Notes: generated by a model not told the origin, from the letters alone. Shown: positions 1 to 11,667, numbered from the whole stretch's first letter. The stretch: 63,875 nt of DNA, filler included, from Octopus bimaculoides (GCF_001194135.2; 7 parts of 6 records of this genome joined end to end with filler, not necessarily neighbours in it); one strand, 5' to 3'. A program made the numbers and translations.

Positions 1-43
<43 letters not shown>

Positions 44-50
44 ATACATA

Positions 51-738
51 CAGGGTGCGATGGGTAAATTGTCCCTATTTTATATTTTTAATTTTGCACA
101 TGTGCATTGGTTGTTTTTGATTTTGTCAACTATACATTATTGTAGGGTCAGCTGGGCACTGTCTGTGAGTAATACAGTACCATGACGCAATTCACTCTGC
201 CTGAAATTTGGAAATGGCATACTGTACTGCCTGGCATTCGCACCGGAAACTCCAGTATGAACATCTCAGAGAGTTTGGGTGTCAATGTGAGGAGATGTAC
301 TGAGAGTGATAAAAATCAAACATCCAGTCAACATCATGGTGTTTGGAGTGATCACTAGTGATGGCCTCCATTCATCTTCCCAAACACAAAGGCCTAGATC
401 GTGCCTGGAAGAAGTAGTGCTGCCCTGGGTCAAGAGAGTGACTGCTGGAAGTCCCTATGTCTGGCAACAGGACTCTGCACCATGTCATACAAGCAGGAGA
501 ACCCAGTCATAGCTGTCAGACAATTTTTGTGACCAAATCACCCCTGACATCTGACCACCTAACTCCTCAGATTGCGACCCCCTTGATTATTATGCCTGGT
601 GTGCAATTGAGAGACCAACAAAACTCCTTGCAACACCAAAGAGGAACTGAAGGCAAGGATTATGGCAGCATTCACCAACAGGGAGACCATCCACAAGAGT
701 TACAGGAAATTCCAAAGTCATCTGAAGGCCATGGTTGA
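51..738 (+). mobile_element. Non-autonomous Tc1/mariner DD37D (maT-type) deletion derivative, 3' truncated at (GA)n
   Basis: TA|CAGGGTGCGATGGGTAAATTGTC left end. Translates MTQFTLPEIW..., KHPVNIMVFGVITSDG, then WQQDSAP...PNSSDCDPLDY with 37 residues between the last two Asp. In-frame stops present; homologous to 55019 and 58625. Confidence 0.85.
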
Positions 739-744
739 GAGAAG

Positions 745-784
<40 letters not shown>

Positions 785-817
785 AGGAGATGATGGTGGT
801 GGTGATGTTGAGTGCAT

Positions 818-1180
818 ACTCTCTTTTACTTGTTTCAGTCATTTGACTGTGGCCATGCTGGAGTACCGCCTTTAATCGAGCAGATCGACCCCAGGACTTA
901 TTCTTTGTAAGCCTAGTACTTGTTCTATCGGGCTCTTTTGCCGAACTGCTAAGGTACGGGGACGTAAACACACCAACATCGGTTGTCAAGCGACGTTGGG
1001 GGGGTCAAACACAGACACACAAACATATACACACACATACATACAACAGGCTTCTTTCAGTTTCCGTGTACCAAATCCACTCACAAGGCTTTGGTCGGCC
1101 CGAGGCTATAGGAGAAGACACTTGCCCAAGGTGTCACGCAGTGGGACTGAACCCGAAACCATGTGGTTCATAAGCAAGCA
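818..1180 (-). mobile_element. tRNA/CORE-like SINE family A (octopus OR-type), head truncated
   Basis: GGTTCAGTCCC B box, ACCTTGGGCAAGTGTCTTCT CORE-like block and an internal (TG)n; matches 35078-35548. Confidence 0.8.
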
Positions 1181-2150
1181 TAGTGAAAAGTAATTTTTTT
1201 AATTGAACTAAGTTGTTTACATAACCCACAGAATGAAATGTGTATTGGCTCTGACCCATCACCAATGATGTGGTTTAAAAAGTATGCCACATTGCATTAA
1301 AATTTTACCCCTGTGGAACTGTGACCCTCATATTTTACATATAAAATCATTTTTTTTAGTATAAAATTTTTGCTTTCTAGATATGAAATTGTGACCATGT
1401 AAATTTTAAAATGTAATTTTTTCTGTTTATGGAGAAAATAGAAAATAAGAGTGAATATTCATTTTATGAGTGCTGTGTATTAAGTCTATAAAATAAAATT
1501 GTGCATAAAGTATATAAAGTGTATATATAAAGTGCATTAAGTAATAATCGTATTCCAATTTCTTTCACTTTCCAATGAATAGCAGATGAGCGACTGTCTT
1601 TTGATACAGACACAACACAGGCTATGCTTTCAGGCTTTTAGGATAAAGTTTGCAGGAATAACCCAAAAGGTTTACCATTAATTCTGTGAAATATTCATGG
1701 GACCCACTAGTACATATGATTGTTTAATATATACCAATAAGTAAGCATATATGTACATCTATTAATCTGTCTGTCTACTTCTCATCTCTGTCTGTCTGTC
1801 TGTCTCTCTCTCTCTATGTATATATATATATATATTTCTATAAGCAACATATATATATATACATGCACCCACATATATACATAGATACATGTGTGTATGT
1901 TTAGTCTACACTCAGAGAAATTTTGTTTAGGTTGTAATATTCTCTGCAGACAAACATCAACACACACATGCACACGGAAGCGCACATAAACACAGAGAGG
2001 AAAGAAAAATAAAACATGCAAACTTAAATCAAGTGGTCACACCCTTAATCCTCTTCCTCCTCTCCCTCATCACCATCATCATCATTTTCCATCTGTCTCC
2101 CATGCTTATATGGTATATATATATATATATATATATATCATCATAATCAT

Positions 2151-2190
<40 letters not shown>

Positions 2191-2193
<3 letters not shown>

Positions 2194-2400
2194 TCTGTTA
2201 CAGTCTGTCAGATGAGGCCTGATGAATGCCAATAGGCATGAAAGTACGTACTCGCCTTTATATATTTGATTCTCTATATTTAATTCTCAATATTTCATAT
2301 ATTCAATAAGACATTCAATACTTCATTTCATTTTACCATTTATATTATATTATATATTCCATATTCTATATCCCACATTCATTTTATAAGAATATAAATA
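2191..2400 (+). mobile_element. PLE-type pseudo-LTR fragment inserted after (TA)n
   Basis: Begins directly after (TA)n and carries a complete hammerhead followed by AT-rich 3'-UTR-like sequence. Confidence 0.5.
2215..2257 (+). ncRNA. Type I hammerhead ribozyme (minimal, palindromic helix III)
   Basis: AGGC-CTGATGA-ATGCC(aata)GGCAT-GAAA-GTACGTAC-TC-GCCT. Helix I, the conserved core, a 5-bp helix II and a CUC cleavage triplet (cut after 2253) are all intact. Confidence 0.85.
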
Positions 2401-2602
2401 AAACATAAAAAACAGACAGAGNNNNNNNNNNNNNNNNNNNNNNNNNNNNNNNNNNNNNNNNNNNNNNNNNNNNNNNNNNNNNNNNNNNNNNNNNNNNNNN
2501 NNNNNTATATATATATATATACACACACGCATACATACATATGTGTGTGTGTATGCATGTATGTATGTTGCTTGCAGGCATGTATGTGTATATGTACATA
2601 AA

Positions 2603-2655
<53 letters not shown>

Positions 2656-2719
2656 GTTTATAAATATATGCCATTTTAACCATTTCTGCCTAGACCATGC
2701 TGGAGTACTGCCTTCCAAA

Positions 2720-3005
2720 TTGCATGGCTTGTGGTTTTATCTTTTTGATGCCGTCTGTCTGTGCGTATGTTCTGAAGTCCAATTCATTGTTTGGTTTGTA
2801 GTAAATTTAGATTCAGAAATTTGGTGGATGTTGCTCTGGTCTGATCATAGCCAGGATTGTATGGAAAGAAATCTGTGTCAGGTGCATTAATAAAAATCTC
2901 AAGGGAATATGGGATTTCATTTTGCGAACATTTTGGGAAATGGTTATGAAACTGCGGGGATTGAATTGCCAAACTGATGCTGAGTGGGTTCCTGAGATGA
3001 GAATA
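2720..3005 (-). mobile_element. Possible Penelope-like RT-thumb/linker relic
   Basis: Minus-strand WQFNPRSF and IFINAPDTDFFPYNP resemble the WFNPP...F...D..FP..HP linker of PLEs. Heavily degraded. Confidence 0.35.
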
Positions 3006-3269
3006 TAAAGAAGGGAATAAGATCTGACAGTGACTATCTTTTGTTTTGTTTGTTGTGTATTTTATGCCAAAAGTCTAGAAAGAAGACGTCTGGGATTTGT
3101 TCATGCACACACACACACACACACATGGTATACCATTCCCATTAGCTTTCCAAAGAATAGAGACACAAAACATGTGAGTGTATTCACAGTAGTTCCAATA
3201 AGCACTTTTGCATGATGTGTGTGTGTGTATATATACATATAGATACAAATAATATGTGAGTATATGCAT

Positions 3270-3454
3270 ATATACGTACATGTATGTACATACCTACATC
3301 TACATGTATATATAGATGCATATCTGGGTACAGGATGTTGCAAAAAAAAACGTGGACAAAATGATAAACAGAGCACAGAAAACACACAGGCCACCTAGAG
3401 AACATTTCCTTCATCAGCTGCCACCATTCTAAAACTAAGCGTTTTGAAGAGATG

Positions 3455-3455
<1 letters not shown>
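3270..3455 (+). repeat. Interspersed repeat (same family as 50135-50365), possibly PLE 3' region
   Basis: Reverse-complement match to 50135-50365 (GCATATCTGGGTACAGGA...ACAGAAxACACACA.GCCAC.TAGAGAACATTT...TTCATCAGCT). Confidence 0.6.
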
Positions 3456-3490
<35 letters not shown>

Positions 3491-4043
3491 TATGCATGCG
3501 CACGTGCGCACACACATGTAACAAAAAAGATTTTGGCTTGGTTAAGAGATGAATGAACAAGATGTCTGTGAAAAGTTCTGAAAGCAAAATATATATTCAT
3601 TGTGAACAAAAATGTTGTCATTACAATAAACTTTTAGAAAGAGGACATTCAATCCAAGTGAATCAGTTTGTGTGTGAGTGTATCTGTGTGTCCATTAGAA
3701 ACATGTGTGCCAGTAATGACAGCAGACATCATTGAGTGGACTGAATTCATTGTCATCATCATCATTACCTTCTGTAGCCAAAGTCGAGTGCCATATATTC
3801 TGGCAGCTGTTGATTTTGGTTGTCAATGGCCACTAGATAGCCAGCATCGATACATAGCTAATGTCAGTCAAAGAAAAGACACCAAAGATGTATTTCTTCA
3901 GAAGTAAGAGTAATATCATCTGCAAAGTCTCGATCTGTAAGTAACTTTGGTGTGACTTGTCTACTTCTCTGTTTTTCCAATTTAAACCCCAGTTCCTCCT
4001 CTTTTCCTTCTAAGGTCTTAAGCATCTGTTTGTTTGTTTGTTT

Positions 4044-4308
4044 GACACTCCGTCGCTTACGACGTCGAGGGTTCCAGTTGATTCGATCAACGGAACAGCC
4101 TGCTCATGAAATTAACGTGCAAGTGGCTGAGCACTCCACAGACACGTGTACCCTTAACGTAGTTCTCGGGGATATTCAGCGTGACACAGAGTGTGACAAG
4201 GCTGAACCTTTGAATTACAGGCACAACAGAAACAGGAAGTAAGAGTGAGAGAAAGTTGGGGTGAAAGAGTACAGTAGGGTTCGCCACCATCCCCTGCCGG
4301 AGCCTCGT
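4044..4308 (-). mobile_element. SINE family D copy (head lost in gap)
   Basis: High identity to 7361-7625; (CAAA)n tail on the minus strand. Confidence 0.9.
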
Positions 4309-4996
4309 NNNNNNNNNNNNNNNNNNNNNNNNNNNNNNNNNNNNNNNNNNNNNNNNNNNNNNNNNNNNNNNNNNNNNNNNNNNNNNNNNNNNNNNNNNNN
4401 NNNNNNNNNNNNNNNNNNNNNNNNNNNNNNNNNNNNNNNNNNNNNNNNNNNNNNNNNNNNNNNNNNNNNNNNNNNNNNNNNNNNNNNNNNNNNNNNNNNN
4501 NNNNNNNNNNNNNNNNNNNNNNNNNNNNNNNNNNNNNNNNNNNNNNNNNNNNNNNNNNNNNNNNNNNNNNNNNNNNNNNNNNNNNNNNNNNNNNNNNNNN
4601 NNNNNNNNNNNNNNNNNNNNNNNNNNNNNNNNNNNNNNNNNNNNNNNNNNNNNNNNNNNNNNNNNNNNNNNNNNNNNNNNNNNNNNNNNNNNNNNNNNNN
4701 NNNNNNNNNNNNNNNNNNNNNNNNNNNNNNNNNNNNNNNNNNNNNNNNNNNNNNNNNNNNNNNNNNNNNNNNNNNNNNNNNNNNNNNNNNNNNNNNNNNN
4801 NNNNNNNNNNNNNNNNNNNNNNNNNNNNNNNNNNNNNNNNNNNNNNNNNNNNNNNNNNNNNNNNNNNNNNNNNNNNNNNNNNNNNNNNNNNNNNNNNNNN
4901 NNNNNNNNNNNNNNNNNNNNNNNNNNNNNNNNNNNNNNNNNNNNNNNNNNNNNNNNNNNNNNNNNNNNNNNNNNNNNNNNNNNNNNNNNNNNNNNN

Positions 4997-5036
<40 letters not shown>

Positions 5037-5322
5037 GTGCGTGTGAGTAATTATGTTATGGTATGATCACTGTTAGACTGTATTCAAAGCTATTAATTTT
5101 ATTATTATTATTATTATTATTGTTGTTAAGCACTAAATTACTAGGTATATTGATTTGAATATATTTGGCAGATAATAATATTGAACAAGTTACTGATGTG
5201 TTAGCAGTGTTTGTTTTTCATACAGTAGATTATTATGCGATAAAACCATAGATTTTAGCCAATTAAAATTAATTAGATACATTGGACTGTTGCAAATGTC
5301 TGTCATGATTATAAAGTTTCAC

Positions 5323-5470
5323 TGTGGCGTGTGGTAAGAAGTTTGTTTCCCAACAAAATGCTTTAGGGTTCAATCCCACTGCATATCGCTCAGGCAAATG
5401 TGTTCTAATGTTGCCTCAGGCTGACCAAATCCTGTGAGTGGATTTGGTATATGGAAACTGAAAGAAGCCT
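5323..5470 (+). mobile_element. SINE family A, 5' half
   Basis: GTGTGGTAAGAAG...GGGTTCAATCCC...GTGAGTGGATTTGG...GAAACTGAAAGAAGCC. Confidence 0.75.
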
Positions 5471-5883
5471 CACACACACACACAATAAACAATGGTAAAA
5501 GAATATTTATGACTACAACCATAATTGCTAAAATAAATTAGGAATAATACTACCACTTCCACAAAAATAACATCCTCTTTGAGAGCACGTGTGTTTATAA
5601 AGGTTTAATGAAAGCGCTCACACACTACAAGAAACTTCTTCCCAAGAAAGCTTAGTAACATCTTCATAACAGATTCTATATATATATATATATATATGTA
5701 TATACACCATAAAAGCCCATGTAATTTATGGACTTTTTCTCAAAAACTAAAATAAACTTTAGGGGGTGGGGTGTAAATTACATGAGTAGATTGTTTTCAG
5801 AACTCTTTTACAAATTTTTTTTATTGAAAAATGACGTACAAATGTAAACTAATGTCAGAATAAGTTTTTATAGAAAAATATAA

Positions 5884-6205
5884 TGCGGTCCCTAAGGGAC
5901 TAACTTTCTGTAGGGTTTCTACAGGGCATTCTATTCCAATCTCCTTCAGTCATTTGTCTTGTAATAATAATGATTATTATTATTATTATTATTATTTTGG
6001 TTTGACGCAGGTTCAGTCTTATTCCTGGTAGGATTTATGTGGGTTACTACCTTTAACCTTAGGTATCCACAAGTTATCCAGAGTCTTTCAAATACTTAGA
6101 ACCCTCCTGATAATACTTGTGGTCCCTAAGGGACTAATTTTCTGTAGGATCTCTACAGGGCATTCTATTCCAATCCCCTTCAGTCATTTGTCTTGTAATA
6201 ATAAT
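5884..6205 (-). mobile_element. R4/Dong-like 3' end (third subfamily) with duplicated 85-bp 5' piece
   Basis: Minus strand LKxIGIECPVExLQKxSPLGT-TSIIRRVLSI* plus UTR and (AAT)n at 5995-6205. Segment 5884-5970 repeats 6119-6205. Confidence 0.7.
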
Positions 6206-6234
6206 AACGATGATGATGATGATGGTTGTTCTTG

Positions 6235-6269
<35 letters not shown>

Positions 6270-6271
<2 letters not shown>

Positions 6272-6493
6272 GGCATTGAGCTTGCTGAATTGTTACCATA
6301 CTGGACAAATTGCTTAGTGGTATTTCATCCATCTTTATGTTCTGAGTTCAAATTTTGCTGAGGTCAACTTTGCCTTTCATTCTTTCAGGGCCAACAAAAT
6401 AAGTACCAGTTAAGTACTGGGGTAAAATATAATCATCTAACCCCTTGCTACAAAACTTCAGGCTTTTTCCCAAGCACCTACAGAAGAAAGGAT
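6270..6493 (+). mobile_element. tRNA-derived SINE family C
   Basis: GAGTTCAAATT B box and GGTCAACTTTGCCTTTCAT..., preceded by (TAT)n. Confidence 0.8.
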
Positions 6494-6544
6494 TGTATGA
6501 AATATCTGCTCTGTCAGCATTGACCTGAGGGTAAACAGCAATAT

Positions 6545-7270
6545 CCATAGAATGCAATGAAATGCACCAATGTACTTAGAATGCATTAAATTTTACAATA
6601 GTCATCAAAAATGCAACAATCCATATAATGTTTTGCAGGCACTGGATGCATTAAATTTGTAAGAATCAACAAAACTGCAACAAAAATTTACAGAATGCAA
6701 CATGCACTAAAACACTGCACTCCATTAAAAAGCACAAAGGTCAACAAAAAATATCAGCAAAATTGCAGCAATCAATAAAATTGCAACAATCTGAAGAATG
6801 CAATAAATGCATTAAATTGCATTAAAATGCACAGTATAGTATACAAGAAAAATAGCAACAAAATCGATAGAGTGGGATAAAATTCATACGCGCTAATGAA
6901 ATGCACAATATGCAAGAAAAGGCAATAAAATTTAGAAAATGCAATAAAATTTATAAACACTAATGAAGTGCACAGACAGCCTTAAAATGCACAATAGACA
7001 ATAACAACAACAATAGCAACAACTGCAACTGCAATGTTCATTCGTTCGCAAAATGCAACATGATCAACCAATACTGATAAAATCCAGACAGTTGCAATCA
7101 AGTGCAACAGAACGCCAAATAACGGTGACAAAGCTTGCAGAATGCAGTAACATGATCCATTAATGCTAGCAAAACACAGAATGCAGTAGAGTGCAAACAC
7201 AAAGCAACAACATTGATCCCAGTCAAAATACATAAATCTGTAGCAAGGCCAGTAGCAATTTTTTTGTGCA
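6545..7270. repeat. Degenerate AATGCA/TGCA-core low-complexity array
   Basis: Roughly 30 TGCA cores (mostly AATGCA) in ~720 bp of A-rich sequence. Confidence 0.75.
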
Positions 7271-7359
7271 GATATTCATTTTTGAATGTCATCACACAAA
7301 CACTGAAACACACATGCATACACACACGCATACATGCACACACATGCACACTTACATAT

Positions 7360-7738
7360 GGCACTCCGTCGCTTACGACGTCGAGGGTTCCAGTTGATCC
7401 GATCAACGGAACAGCCTGCTCGTGAAATTAACGTGCAAGTGGCTGAGCACTCCACAGACACGTGTACCCCTAACGTAGTTCTCGGGGATATTCAGCGTGA
7501 CACAGAGTGTGACAAGGCTGACCCTTTGAATTACAGGCACAACAGAAACTGGAAGAAAGAGTGGGAGAAAGTTGTGGTGGAAGAGTACGGCAGGGTTCGC
7601 CACCATCCCCTGCCGGAGCTTCGAGGAGCTTTAGGTGCTTTCGCTCAATAAACACTCACAACGCCCAGTCTGGGAATCGAAACCGCGATCCTATGAACAC
7701 AAGTCCGCTGCCCTAACCACTGGGCCATTGCGCCTCCA
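7360..7738 (-). mobile_element. tRNA-derived SINE family D, full length, with TSD
   Basis: A box TGGCCCAGTGGTTAG and B box GGTTTCGATTCCC on the minus strand. The direct repeat CACACTTACATAT flanks it at 7347-7359 and 7739-7751. Confidence 0.9.
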
Positions 7739-7990
7739 CACACTTACATATACACACACATATATTGCTAATGCTTGTTTTTACATTCAGCTATAAAAAC
7801 AATTTTACATTAATCTGACGGGTTATTCTATATTTCTGTAGAGGATAAATATATTCTTAAACAAGAATGTTGTTGAAAGTGACTTCGAAGTCTTGACCAG
7901 TTGAGCCATTGTCGGATAATGATTTAACTGGCCCAAATTACAAAGTCACTGTCAATAATATTGTTTAAGAATAATATATACATATATATC

Positions 7991-8150
7991 AGGTGCAGGA
8001 GTGGCTGTGTGATAAGAAGCTTGCTTCCCAACCACATGGTTCTGGGTTCAATCCACTGCGTGGCACCTTGGGCAAGTGTCTTCTACTATAGCCTCAGACT
8101 GACCAAAACTTTGTTAGTGGATTTTATAGATGGAATGTGAAAGAAGCCAT
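7991..8150 (+). mobile_element. SINE family A, 5' half
   Basis: AGGTGCAGGAGTGGCTGTGTG...GGGTTCAATCC...ACCTTGGGCAAGTGTCTTCTACTATAGCC. Confidence 0.8.
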
Positions 8151-8151
8151 C

Positions 8152-8193
<42 letters not shown>

Positions 8194-8349
8194 ATATATA
8201 TATATATATACACATATATACATACATATAAATATATACACACATATATACATACATACATATACGCATATATACATACATACATATATAACAGAATGAG
8301 ATAAAAATCCAAGGCTGTGAAAGATTTCAGAATATTTATAAAGAGAAGG

Positions 8350-8395
8350 TCTTACAGCTGTTTCCGGGATATTTTATATATCCCTTCATCGGAGA
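8350..8395 (-). ncRNA. Degenerate hammerhead motif
   Basis: Minus strand TCT-CCGATGA-A-GGGATAT(5)ATATCCC-G-GAAA-CAGCTG-TA-AGA. Core U4 is changed to C. Confidence 0.55.
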
Positions 8396-8490
8396 TGGTG
8401 CGAGAAAATGGTTTAGCAATAGTTATTCTCTTCTCAAGAATAACTATTGCTTAACCATTTTCTCACACCGTCTCTGATAAAGGTATATAT
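8376..8490. repeat. Long palindrome (~50-bp arms, 7-nt loop), PLE-type inverted junction
   Basis: GGAGATGGTGCGAGAAAATGGTTTAGCAATAGTTATTCT-cttctca-AGAATAACTATTGCTTAACCATTTTCTCACACCGTCTCT. Confidence 0.9.
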
Positions 8491-8775
8491 TAACGTATCA
8501 CTGGCACTTGTGCCAATCAGGCGGTACTGTTATCGGTCATGTCAGCGATTTTGATTTCACTTGCCTCAATAGGTCTTCGCAAATAAAGTTTATTGTCCAA
8601 TGTATGAGGGGTATTCATAAGTGGGCTGGTTACACCCACTGGCATAGGCCACGGGCTATGGTCTCACTTAGCCTGTTGGGTCTTCTCAAGCACAGCATGT
8701 CTCCAAAGGTCTCGCTCACTAGTCATTGCCTCGTTAAGGCCCAATGTTCGAAGGTTGTGCCTCCTGCATACAAAA
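8490..8775 (-). mobile_element. RTE-clade LINE 3' end
   Basis: HNLRTLGLNEAMTSERDLWRHAVLEKTQQAK* (typical RTE C-terminus) plus 3' UTR. Confidence 0.7.
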
Positions 8776-9035
8776 CATTGGTAGGATGAGAGTCTATTGT
8801 AGAAGCCACTAGCCCAAGATGCCATGCAGTGGGACTGAACCGAAGACCATATGGTTACAAAGGGAGACTCTGAAACCTGCAAGCCTGTGTTAAGAGATGG
8901 AATAATTGCCACAACATATTTCTATTGATGCTCCGATGACTCAACCAGCTAAACAATGACTTTAGGGTGATTTGGTTGCTATTTCTGGCAGAATGGGTGA
9001 CAATACGGCAACTCTGTCATTGGTACATGGTAGTA

Positions 9036-9220
9036 ATAATGATGATGATGATGATGGTTGTGATGACGATGGTTGGAATGGTGATGATGTTGTGATGATG
9101 ATGGTAACGATGGTGAGGAAGTAATGATAGTGATGTTGATGGTGATGGTTGTGATGATGATGCTGAGGTAGTGACGGTTGTGATGGTGATGATGACAGTG
9201 ATGATGATGAGGATGAAGGT
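9036..9220. repeat. Degenerate (GAT)n microsatellite
   Basis: Direct reading. Confidence 0.9.
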
Positions 9221-9260
<40 letters not shown>

Positions 9261-9745
9261 CGGTGTATATATATGGTACATATATATATATATATATATA
9301 TATTACATGAACTCTGTTTTTAATCTGGTTGATGACAGCAGACTGAACTGCCTGCTGCCTGCCTACCTGTCTGCCTGCATGTATATATGTATGTATGTGT
9401 GTGTATATGTATGTATGCATGTGTGTGTGTATATGTGAGTGTATATGGGGTGGTGGTGGGTCTTTGAATTGTTTCAAATGAAAGCTCTGAACTTGAAACA
9501 TTGAAAGCAGTGTCATTGTTTTGGCTGATGTTTGTTTATTTGTTAGTGTGTGTATGTTTATGTGTGACTAAGTACATGTGTGTGTGTGTATATATATGTA
9601 TGTATATATATATATATATATNNNNNNNNNNATGGTGAGGAAGTAATGATAGTGATGTTGATGGTGATGGTTGTGATGATGATGCTGAGGTAGTGACGGT
9701 TGTGATGGTGATGATGATGACAGTGATGATGATGAGGATGAAGGT

Positions 9746-9786
<41 letters not shown>

Positions 9787-10645
9787 NNNNNNNNNNNNNN
9801 NNNNNNNNNNNNNNNNNNNNNNNNNNNNNNNNNNNNNNNNNNNNNNNNNNNNNNNNNNNNNNNNNNNNNNNNNNNNNNNNNNNNNNNNNNNNNNNNNNNN
9901 NNNNNNNNNNNNNNNNNNNNNNNNNNNNNNNNNNNNNNNNNNNNNNNNNNNNNNNNNNNNNNNNNNNNNNNNNNNNNNNNNNNNNNNNNNNNNNNNNNNN
10001 NNNNNNNNNNNNNNNNNNNNNNNNNNNNNNNNNNNNNNNNNNNNNNNNNNNNNNNNNNNNNNNNNNNNNNNNNNNNNNNNNNNNNNNNNNNNNNNNNNNN
10101 NNNNNNNNNNNNNNNNNNNNNNNNNNNNNNNNNNNNNNNNNNNNNNNNNNNNNNNNNNNNNNNNNNNNNNNNNNNNNNNNNNNNNNNNNNNNNNNNNNNN
10201 NNNNNNNNNNNNNNNNNNNNNNNNNNNNNNNNNNNNNNNNNNNNNNNNNNNNNNNNNNNNNNNNNNNNNNNNNNNNNNNNNNNNNNNNNNNNNNNNNNNN
10301 NNNNNNNNNNNNNNNNNNNNNNNNNNNNNNNNNNNNNNNNNNNNNNNNNNNNNNNNNNNNNNNNNNNNNNNNNNNNNNNNNNNNNNNNNNNNNNNNNNNN
10401 NNNNNNNNNNNNNNNNNNNNNNNNNNNNNNNNNNNNNNNNNNNNNNNNNNNNNNNNNNNNNNNNNNNNNNNNNNNNNNNNNNNNNNNNNNNNNNNNNNNN
10501 NNNNNNNNNNNNNNNNNNNNNNNNNNNNNNNNNNNNNNNNNNNNNNNNNNNNNNNNNNNNNNNNNNNNNNNNNNNNNNNNNNNNNNNNNNNNNNNNNNNN
10601 NNNNNNNNNNNNNNNNNNNNNNNNNNNNNNNNNNATATGTATGTA

Positions 10646-10718
<73 letters not shown>

Positions 10719-11176
10719 GTGTGTATATATATATATATATTTTTTATATGTGTATTCATATGTCTTTGTATATCAGTGTGTTTGAGTGAATCTACGAATG
10801 TATATCAATCAGCGAGTGTTTTGAACATGGTGTTTCACAAGAAACTTATTGAAATATTCAGTATTGGCAGTGGTTTGATGTGGTAGTGGTCATGGTTGGG
10901 TTGTGTTGTTCAGATTAGCTTAGTAAGGTGGGATGATGGATACAGTGATTTCTATGAACCAAAGAATAAGAGAAAACCAAAGCATTTTGCAAAGGTCCTC
11001 CAAGAACTGAATAGATCAAAAACAGCAGATTATTATTATTATTATTGTTTTGTCATTGTTGCTGTTGTTGTTGGTGCTGTTCTTGTTGTTGTTCTTGTTA
11101 TTCTTAATTTTCTTGTTATTCTTCTTATTGTTGTTGATATAGTTGTTGTTGTCATTATTAAAAAAAAATAAAGGAA

Positions 11177-11660
11177 ATCATCGTCGTCGTCATCGTCATT
11201 GCCATCATCATCATCATCATTGTTATCGTCATCATCGTCATCGTCATCATCATCATCGTCATCGTCATCATCATCATCGTCATCGTCATCATCATCATCA
11301 TCGTCATCATCATCATCATCATCGTCATCATCATCGTCATCATCATCATCATCATCGTCATCATCAACGTCGTCATCATCAACGTCGTCATGATCATCAT
11401 CGTCATCATCATCATCATCATCGTCATCATCATCATCACGACAACAGCATTAACAACGCTGAAGTTGGCACCAATACCATCACCATCATCATCATCATCA
11501 TTGTCAACTCCCCAACTCACTCTGCACACCTCACAGCGATTTGTCAGCATCTTCATCATCATTGTTGCCATCACTACCACTACCACGATGACGACGGCGA
11601 CGACGACGACCACCACCACCAATATCATCATCATCACTGTTGCTGTCATCATCATCAGAA
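11177..11660. repeat. Long (CAT/CGT)n microsatellite
   Basis: Direct reading; source of the poly-His/Met/Ser pseudo-ORFs. Confidence 0.95.
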
Positions 11661-11667
11661 TCAGCAC

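Noticed and set aside
4087-4290. Repeated ORFs at 3952-4290 and 7334-7651 suggesting a duplicated gene
   Set aside because: They are chance frames within two copies of SINE family D.
9631-9786. Direct duplication of 9109-9255
   Set aside because: The copies sit at contig ends beside short gaps and are near-identical; most likely an unmerged overlap artefact.
9536-10886. Long ORFs of 370-407 aa (also 25181-26189, 43369-44094, 52350-53468)
   Set aside because: Their length comes from N runs translated as X.
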